20,351 nucleotides of DNA from Pseudobacteriovorax sp. (GTDB lineage Bacteria > Bdellovibrionota_B > Oligoflexia > Oligoflexales > Oligoflexaceae). Within the stretch, counting starts at the first letter, position 1. The number at the start of each line of letters is the position of its first letter. The notes beneath the pieces were generated by a model. It was not told where the DNA came from, did no database searches, and worked only from the letters and a program-made list of their open reading frames with translations. Below are positions 8,096 to 14,296 of the stretch, in pieces. The stretch spans positions 1-20,351 of the forward strand of contig JBNKNM010000089.1 of assembly GCA_050293845.1 (NCBI GenBank), read 5' to 3'. The translations under genes and the position numbers were made by a program.

Positions 8096-9130
8096 ATGGA
8101 TTTTAACATCAAACCTGTTGATACCACTACCACCAATTCTATTTGGTGTCATATTAATCAAAAGACCAAACCTATCGGTGCCTTGGGCAAACTTGAGAGT
8201 CTGGCCCATAAAATTGCACTCATTCAACAGAAAAAACAATTGTCTTTAAATATACCCAAAATATTACTTTTAGCTGGGGATCATGGATTAGCAGAAGAAG
8301 CTATTAGCCCTTACCCCCAAGCAGTTACATTTGAAATGGTTCGTAATTTTACAGGACAAGGAGCTGCTATTAATGTATTTGCTCGTCAGCATGCTATTTC
8401 CTTAGACATCATAGATTGTGGGATTAAGAACCCAAACGGCCTTGATGGTGTTATACCCATGCGCTTAGGTCCTGGCACCAAGAACAGCCTCAGAGAGCCT
8501 GCCATGTCTTCGGAGCAAATAGATCAAGCTCTGCATAGCGGGGCTCAGCTTGTTAGGGATGCCTTCAACCAAGGCTGTGAGATCATTGGATTCGGTGAGA
8601 TGGGAATCGGCAATTCATCGGCAGCTGCGTTGATCACCAGTTCGATTCTTGACCTTCCCATTGAGAGAACTGTCGGAAGAGGAACAGGATGTAACAACGA
8701 ACAACTTGCACAAAAAACCAGTATCCTAAAGCAAGTGCTCGCTCGTCCCGGGTCCTTAATGACTCCTCTTCAAGCCATGAGGGAGTTTGGAGGGTTTGAA
8801 ATGGCGGTCGCATTAGGTGGTATGCTACAAGCCGCTTCTTTAGGCATGATAGCTATGATTGACGGCTTTATCATGGGGTCTGTAGCTCTGTGTGCTGTTA
8901 AACTTTACCCCCAAAGCCAGGATTATTTTATTTTTTGCCACAAATCAGCCTCTCCAGGTCACCAGCATATTTTGACGGCGATCAGCGCCGACCCTCTTCT
9001 TGACTTAGGAATGCGACTAGGAGAAGGATCAGGAGTGGCAGTGGCTTGGCCAATTATTGCATCTGCAGTTAGATTTTATAATGAAATGTCATCTTTTGCT
9101 GAAGCAGAAGTGAGCCAAGCCCATGAATAA
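8096..9130 (+). CDS. cobT: Nicotinate-nucleotide--dimethylbenzimidazole phosphoribosyltransferase
   Basis: KTKPIGALGKLE, AGDHG, GAAINV, GEMGIGN, GRGTG, GGFE, IDGF and MRLGEGSG motifs. Start ATG 8096 follows SD AAGGA; the ORF-track start at 8042 overlaps cobD. Confidence 0.97.
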   Translation: MDFNIKPVDTTTTNSIWCHINQKTKPIGALGKLESLAHKIALIQQKKQLSLNIPKILLLAGDHGLAEEAISPYPQAVTFEMVRNFTGQGAAINVFARQHAISLDIIDCGIKNPNGLDGVIPMRLGPGTKNSLREPAMSSEQIDQALHSGAQLVRDAFNQGCEIIGFGEMGIGNSSAAALITSSILDLPIERTVGRGTGCNNEQLAQKTSILKQVLARPGSLMTPLQAMREFGGFEMAVALGGMLQAASLGMIAMIDGFIMGSVALCAVKLYPQSQDYFIFCHKSASPGHQHILTAISADPLLDLGMRLGEGSGVAVAWPIIASAVRFYNEMSSFAEAEVSQAHE

Positions 9131-9893
9131 ACAATGGCTGCTCATAAAGGCTGCAATTGGTTACTATACACGAATTCCGGTAGGAAAACTCGAATTAAAG
9201 GAAGAGGATTTTGCTAAATCTTCACGCTACTTCACCCTCATAGGCTATATCCAGGGACTACTTGTCTATTTAGTTTGGTTGATCATCAATCCTTACTTCA
9301 ACCCACTGATTCAGGCAATGCTGCTAGTTACTGTGGGAATTTTATTGACCGGGGCTCTGCATGAAGATGGATTTGCCGACGCCTGCGATGGATTCGGAGG
9401 AGGCTATGAATCATCACAGATTCTAACAATCATGAAAGATTCACGCCTTGGGACTTTTGGTACTATAGGCCTAATACTCATTCTACTTGCTAAGATTTTA
9501 TTGCTTGCCGCTTTGATTCCCAACCATGGTTTGGCAACCCTTCTTATATCAATATACGTTCTCAGTAGGCTGTTTGCCCTCCCTTTAACTTGGTGGCTTC
9601 CTTACGCCCGCCCCGGCAAAAGTCCGACCCACAACATGGTATCGCAGATGCAATCCCTTCCCCATATCATCATGCCTTGGATTATCGTGTTACCACTTTT
9701 TATCATAAATCATTGGTGGTTCATGCTGGTCGCGCTATTGACTTTATCAGCAATGAGTTTGACAGCAATCGCCTATTTGCAAAAAAAGATCAAAGGGTAT
9801 ACCGGTGACTGTATCGGTGCATTGCAACAGATTAATGAAGTCATTCTATTGTTAATCTATTCGCTTATCGACCAAAAGTCAGGGGGCATCTAA
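9123..9893 (+). CDS. cobS: Adenosylcobinamide-GDP ribazoletransferase (cobalamin synthase)
   Basis: YTRIP, TGALHEDGFADACDGFGGG, IMKDSRLGTFG and GYTGDCIGA motifs. Polytopic membrane protein. Confidence 0.97.
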   Translation: MNKQWLLIKAAIGYYTRIPVGKLELKEEDFAKSSRYFTLIGYIQGLLVYLVWLIINPYFNPLIQAMLLVTVGILLTGALHEDGFADACDGFGGGYESSQILTIMKDSRLGTFGTIGLILILLAKILLLAALIPNHGLATLLISIYVLSRLFALPLTWWLPYARPGKSPTHNMVSQMQSLPHIIMPWIIVLPLFIINHWWFMLVALLTLSAMSLTAIAYLQKKIKGYTGDCIGALQQINEVILLLIYSLIDQKSGGI

Positions 9894-10501
9894 TGGAGCT
9901 CACAGCTATTCGTCATAGTAAGGTGGTTCATGTAGGAGGAAGATGCTACGGCGACCTGGAAGTTGATATCTGTGAGCGGTCACTACATCAGGCCTCACTT
10001 GAGTTGCGTAAGCAATTACCTTTATCGCACCATCATGTATTTTCAAGCCCTAGTTTAAGATGTCAAAAATTAGCGAATATCATCGATCCCCATACTGCTT
10101 TTTGTATTGCTAACGAACTCAAAGAAATGAACTTCGGTCTATGGGAAGGAGTGATTTGGGAGAAGATTCCCAGAAGCGAGCTAGACTCCTGGGCACAGGA
10201 TATCTATTGCTATACTCCCCCTCAGGGAGAAGCTTTTCAGGATGTATGCAATCGCGTCATTAAATTTATCGATCAACATATTCACCTACGTTCCTGCACT
10301 ATCATCACCCATGCTGGTGTTATCAAAGCCCTCTATTGCATACTCAATCAAGATCCCGATGCTCCTTACAAAAAAATTGAATTTGCAGGTTCACGAAGGT
10401 GGAGTATTGAGCCTAGGCACTTTGCTTTCTTAAAAGCCCAATGGCAGTCTCTATCAGCCGATCGAAGCGATCGGTCTGGCCAATCTGCCGGAAACCGATA
10501 A
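9893..10501 (+). CDS. cobC: Alpha-ribazole / adenosylcobalamin-5'-phosphate phosphatase (histidine phosphatase family)
   Basis: IRHS catalytic motif, SSPSLRC, EMNFGLWEG, PPQGE and THAGVI. Translationally coupled to cobS (TAATG). Confidence 0.88.
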   Translation: MELTAIRHSKVVHVGGRCYGDLEVDICERSLHQASLELRKQLPLSHHHVFSSPSLRCQKLANIIDPHTAFCIANELKEMNFGLWEGVIWEKIPRSELDSWAQDIYCYTPPQGEAFQDVCNRVIKFIDQHIHLRSCTIITHAGVIKALYCILNQDPDAPYKKIEFAGSRRWSIEPRHFAFLKAQWQSLSADRSDRSGQSAGNR

Positions 10502-11183
10502 CAATCAATAGGGAATTTCTTAAAATCATTTTTTTGGCATTAATTTTGAGCTTTTTTTCTGGCACCGTCGCCACAGTTGTTGCTTTAGGAGAAAAGACCA
10601 CGTACTCTCTACGAAAACCATGGATGTAAGAAACATTTACCTCCTCAAGCCTACCCTTACTGCCAAATTTGATGTGAACTTCCGCTGATATATTTTCATT
10701 CCCATAAGAATTCCACGAAGGTCCTTGAAAAAAATGGCTGACAGTGTTACGGCTGAGGCTTTTAAGGACTAAGCCCGAGTCAAGGTAAAAAATAGTCTTT
10801 TCCAAGAATTTGTGAATAGGCCCACTTTCATCAAAAAACCCTAATCCTACATATCCATTATCAGCGTAAAGCACTCCAAGATGTGCCTCACAGCTAATTC
10901 CTAAAACTGAAATCATTCCCTTCACCATAGTCTTAGAACTGCATAGCTCTACAAAAAGAGTACTGCTGGAAAGGATACTAATGCCGCCGTAGCTTAGATT
11001 CACCAGTGGGTATAAATCACCACCAAGTCTCAAAAAAGATCCCCTTAGACCAAGAAGAGAGTGACGATAATAGCGCCTTCGTGTTTTATGACGTCCCGAA
11101 TAGCGATCCCCTAACTTTCCCTGGTTCCAGCGGGTTCGCGTATATCGGTTAATATTTTCCAAAAATCTTAAGATCTTCGGCAT
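10413..11183 (-). CDS. PilZ-like (putative c-di-GMP-binding) domain protein with an uncharacterised C-terminal region
   Basis: RxxxR motif (RRYYR) followed about 20 residues later by NxSxGG (NLSYGGISI), then beta-strands ending in VGLGF. SD AGGA upstream. Confidence 0.7.
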   Translation of the reverse strand: MPKILRFLENINRYTRTRWNQGKLGDRYSGRHKTRRRYYRHSLLGLRGSFLRLGGDLYPLVNLSYGGISILSSSTLFVELCSSKTMVKGMISVLGISCEAHLGVLYADNGYVGLGFFDESGPIHKFLEKTIFYLDSGLVLKSLSRNTVSHFFQGPSWNSYGNENISAEVHIKFGSKGRLEEVNVSYIHGFRREYVVFSPKATTVATVPEKKLKINAKKMILRNSLLIVIGFRQIGQTDRFDRLIETAIGLLRKQSA

Positions 11184-11226
11184 TGACTTTCCTGGGTTAG
11201 GCCATTATAGCTCGATCATGAAAGCA

Positions 11227-11610
11227 TCAGCAACACTTTTGCTTCTGGAATTCCTTGTGCAATCGGTCCAATTCACTGAAAGTTTTAGTAAATACATCGC
11301 TCAGCTGGTCACACTCCTGCTGCAGCCAGGCAAAGTTCGATCTTCCCCGGCGCTCAATCAAGGAGTTCTCTAGTATTTTCATTTCATTAGTTATACGAAC
11401 GGCACCAATATTCGCGGAACTCCCTTTCAGCCGGTGAATGAGGAAGGGCACTTGTCTATAGTCTTCTCTGATGATAGCATCTGTCAACTTCTCGAAAAAA
11501 TCTTTTACTCCCGAGCGATACAGGTCAATAAGTTCCTCAATAATTGCATCATTATGATTAATTTCCCAGATACTACGTAGAATTTTTTCCTCAATATGGC
11601 GATAACTCAT
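11227..11610 (-). CDS. Stand-alone Hpt (histidine phosphotransfer) domain protein
   Basis: HRLKGSSANIGA is the canonical Hpt signature with the phospho-accepting His. All-helical, 127 aa. Confidence 0.9.
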   Translation of the reverse strand: MSYRHIEEKILRSIWEINHNDAIIEELIDLYRSGVKDFFEKLTDAIIREDYRQVPFLIHRLKGSSANIGAVRITNEMKILENSLIERRGRSNFAWLQQECDQLSDVFTKTFSELDRLHKEFQKQKCC

Positions 11611-11679
11611 CTAACCCCTATATAAAGTAACTTATTGGAGAGAATACCTTCTTACCAACTCTTATGGTTTAAAATCAAG

Positions 11680-12174
11680 ATGCGAACTATCAACTACAGG
11701 AAAAGCCATCGTTTCTTTTTTTGACCCTTCGCAGTCTTATACCTCATTGCTTTTGCTCACTAGCCATACTAACAACAGCCAAGCGGCTCCGTGCCAAGAT
11801 ATAAAGTGGTTGTATTAACGAAAACCTCATACCTAACTCGTCAATTACTAGCCGATATGTAGCATTTAAGCGGTGTATATGCTAGATCGAATTCTTAGCC
11901 TATACGCCTCGACTCGGCTCTCAAGAACTGCGATTATGAAAAACCATGTGCTTGATATCGCTAGGTTAGGCAGCCTTGGTTAGTTTCTGTAGGTCTTAAT
12001 AATCTGAAAACTGTCAGTTCTAGGCCTATTAGGCGAGACTTCAGTGAGCATTTAGCTAAGTTCTACTGGAAACATGTTTTGTGGACACGAGTCTACTGCT
12101 TGTTATCTGCAGGGGGAAAGCCCATAGAAATCATCGAGCAGTATATAGAAAATCAAGAGACGCCTGCAAATTAA
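11680..12174 (+). pseudogene. tnpA: Disrupted IS200/IS605-family TnpA (Y1 HUH transposase)
   Basis: Manual translation of 11998-12174 gives NNLKTVSSRPIRRDFSEHLAKFYWKHVLWTRVYCLLSAGGKPIEIIEQYIENQETPAN*, the TnpA C-terminal half with the catalytic YIxNQ. 11680-11724 gives a TnpA-like N-terminus MRTINYRKSHR that then frameshifts or stops in a T-run. The HUH-containing middle is not recognisable. Confidence 0.88.
11723..11994. repeat. Candidate palindromic/MITE-like insert replacing the middle of tnpA
   Basis: Imperfect inverted repeat TCGCAGTCTT (11729-11738) / AAGAACTGCGA (11923-11933), internal hairpin TAGCAT...ATGCTA (about 11860-11884), and GACC...GGTC at the two junctions with tnpA-like sequence. 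Confidence 0.4.
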
Positions 12175-12431
12175 TTGCTCACTTCGCAATTGCTCAGATC
12201 ACAGTTCGTCTATCTATCTCCCCCCAAGCCCCAACAACCTAGCGGTTGTCTATGTTTTAGAGGGAGAATTACGGCGAGAAATGTTAAATTAGGCTGGGAA
12301 GCTAGTTTCTCATTTAAGATCAGTAAGCGACGGTAAACGTTTAGCTATTGGTGTCAAAGACTTTCGGCTCCATCACTCTTGTCTAATGTGTAAATTAATG
12401 GTTTAATAGCGCGCAATTGGGAGTTCTTTTT

Positions 12432-13301
12432 ATGAGTGATTTGACAGCTTTTACACCTCTTGTCGATGATTTTAATCAGTACTTACGTGAACAATTGAGT
12501 ACTCTCTATCCTTCATCGTCCCCATTGCATCAGGCTACGCAATACGCGCTACTTGCCGGAGGCAAGCGCGTGCGCCCACTCCTAGCAATGATCGTTCACA
12601 GTATCTGCGGGGGGCGGCCAGAAGAAATATACCCTGCTGCACTTGCACTGGAAATGATCCATACTTACAGTTTGATCCACGACGACCTCCCATGTATGGA
12701 TGATGACGACTTTCGCCGTGGTCATCCCACAACTCATAAAGTATACTCGGAAGCCATAGCCTTATTGGCTGGGGATGCTCTTTTAACTGATGCCTTCCAA
12801 GTATTGGCTATGTCACCAGTTGCAAAAAGTACTGTACTGGATGCTATTGTAACCTTGTCCCGCGCCTGTGGAGGTCAAGGTATGGTTTTAGGTCAAGATA
12901 GTGATATGTATTGGACGGGAAAGCCAGGATATAAGCAGGAAGATCTTTACCACATCCACAATAATAAAACAGCAAAGTTGATTGCCGCATCTTGCAGTAT
13001 TGGCTCTCTCTTTTCTCCCCATCAAGAGTATGTCGCCACTTTTAGCCATTTTGGTGAAAAGTTAGGCTTGGCCTTCCAAATCGTTGATGATCTTCTTGAT
13101 GAATCCCTCAACATAGGGAAATCAGCTGGAAAGGATAAAGAACAGGGAAAGCTAACATTCCTTACCCTTATGTCACATCGGGAAGCCGAAGAGCTCGCTG
13201 AGAAAGTTACCTTAGAGGCCTTCAATACTCTTAGAGACATACCTTTAAACACCCAAGCCCTGAAGTTATTTGCCGAAGCTTTGTTGCAAAGGAATTCTTA
13301 A
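12432..13301 (+). CDS. ispA: Geranyl/farnesyl diphosphate synthase (polyprenyl synthetase)
   Basis: GGKRVRP, LEMIHTYSLIHDDLPCMDDDDFRRG (FARM), GQ..D, KTA, LAFQIVDDLLD (SARM) and GKSAGKD motifs. ATG 12432 follows SD GGGAG. Confidence 0.95.
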   Translation: MSDLTAFTPLVDDFNQYLREQLSTLYPSSSPLHQATQYALLAGGKRVRPLLAMIVHSICGGRPEEIYPAALALEMIHTYSLIHDDLPCMDDDDFRRGHPTTHKVYSEAIALLAGDALLTDAFQVLAMSPVAKSTVLDAIVTLSRACGGQGMVLGQDSDMYWTGKPGYKQEDLYHIHNNKTAKLIAASCSIGSLFSPHQEYVATFSHFGEKLGLAFQIVDDLLDESLNIGKSAGKDKEQGKLTFLTLMSHREAEELAEKVTLEAFNTLRDIPLNTQALKLFAEALLQRNS

Positions 13302-13302
13302 C

Positions 13303-14154
13303 CTAAGATTTCCACCTGTTATGGAGCCAGAAGTAGTGCTCAGGATATTTTCGTACCGCCTTCTCCACTTCCTTATTAAAGATCGTAGAATGTTCGATGA
13401 TGTCATTTTCATTACTATTGGAGGCTGGCAACTCTAATTCGGGACAGAACTCCAGAATGTGGTGTCCCAAAGCTTTACGATGGACATAGGCCGTCACAAT
13501 GGGAGCCTGACGCCGCTTCCAAATGGCTGCCATGCTCGTATTTGTTTTAGCAGGCACGCCAAAAAAAGGTAATCGGGGCTCTCCAGGTCGCGATTGATCC
13601 ATAACAAAGCCTACTATCTCCCCTTTATCAAGTACTTCTCTAATACCACGAAATCCATCTCCCTTTTTTCTACGCTTCACCCAAAGAAAGTTGTTGTGCT
13701 CGCGCAGTTCTTCAACAAAGCGATTGACCCCTCCTCCCCCGACTTTTTTGACAAGTACGTGGGCTGGGGCGATATTGCGAGTAATATAAGACCCCATCGC
13801 CTCCCAATTCCCTAAGTGAAAACAGAGCACATAGACTCCTTGATTTTTACTCAGAGCTTTCTGGATATGCTCCTCTCCTTTGATCTCAAAGTGGGCGCTG
13901 ATATTGTGCTTTTGTGAACGGAAAAACTCAAAAATGGTCAATAAAAAATTTTTGTAGCTTGTCCTACCAATTTCTACTAGTTCTTCTTTTGTGTAAACAT
14001 CACCGAGAGCAATGTTCAGGTTTTTCAGAACCAAAGCTCGGCGTAGTCTTAGGGTGTCAAATGTTAAGCGCGCGAGGAATCCGGCAAATTGCTCAATAGC
14101 TCGAGCCGGTAATAATGATATAGTTGCCGCAAAGGATTTAAGTAGTAAATACAT
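13303..14154 (-). CDS. lpxL: Lipid A biosynthesis lauroyl/myristoyl acyltransferase (LpxL/HtrB family)
   Basis: HLGNWE catalytic motif, DQ...PFFG motif and C-terminal YPEHYFWLHNRWK. ATG at 14154 (TTG at 14157 is an alternative). Confidence 0.88.
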   Translation of the reverse strand: MYLLLKSFAATISLLPARAIEQFAGFLARLTFDTLRLRRALVLKNLNIALGDVYTKEELVEIGRTSYKNFLLTIFEFFRSQKHNISAHFEIKGEEHIQKALSKNQGVYVLCFHLGNWEAMGSYITRNIAPAHVLVKKVGGGGVNRFVEELREHNNFLWVKRRKKGDGFRGIREVLDKGEIVGFVMDQSRPGEPRLPFFGVPAKTNTSMAAIWKRRQAPIVTAYVHRKALGHHILEFCPELELPASNSNENDIIEHSTIFNKEVEKAVRKYPEHYFWLHNRWKS

Positions 14155-14225
14155 CAACGATCCCCAAAACAGTTTGCATGGTTTTGATGCTTTTGGCTAT
14201 TTATTGCTTATTAGTCAAGTGATTG

Positions 14226-14255
14226 TTGAAACCATACTAATTTATGGTATATGCT
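14226..14255 (+). promoter_or_regulatory. Candidate uvrA promoter with an overlapping inverted repeat (possible operator)
   Basis: TTGAAA (14226-14231), 18 nt, TATGCT (14250-14255). Palindrome ACCATA-N6-TATGGT at 14231-14248 occupies the spacer. Confidence 0.35.
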
Positions 14256-14296
14256 ACTCAGGTTTAGCTGATGGTAATTTGGAGAGGGACCATAAC

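Larger units (their letters stand above)
11650..12283 (-). mobile_element. Truncated IS605-group element: left end plus tnpA remnant, with tnpB and right end absent
   Basis: On the - strand the end reads TTAA|CATTTCTCGCCGT-AATT-CTCCCTCTAA...TTGGGGGGAG. Outer stem 12218-12227/12257-12266, inner stem ACAACC/GGTTGT at 12234-12249. It lies downstream of tnpA as in divergent IS605-group elements. The left boundary is approximate. Confidence 0.75.

Noticed and set aside
11782..11796. Sigma54-like TGGCACG on the - strand upstream of Hpt
   Set aside because: The GC of the -12 element is one base too close and the TT is missing; sigma54 spacing is strict.
14012..14296. 95-aa N-terminal extension of UvrA in the ORF track
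   Set aside because: It overlaps lpxL on the opposite strand and the intergenic gap. UvrA homology begins at TTG 14297, which has a strong SD.
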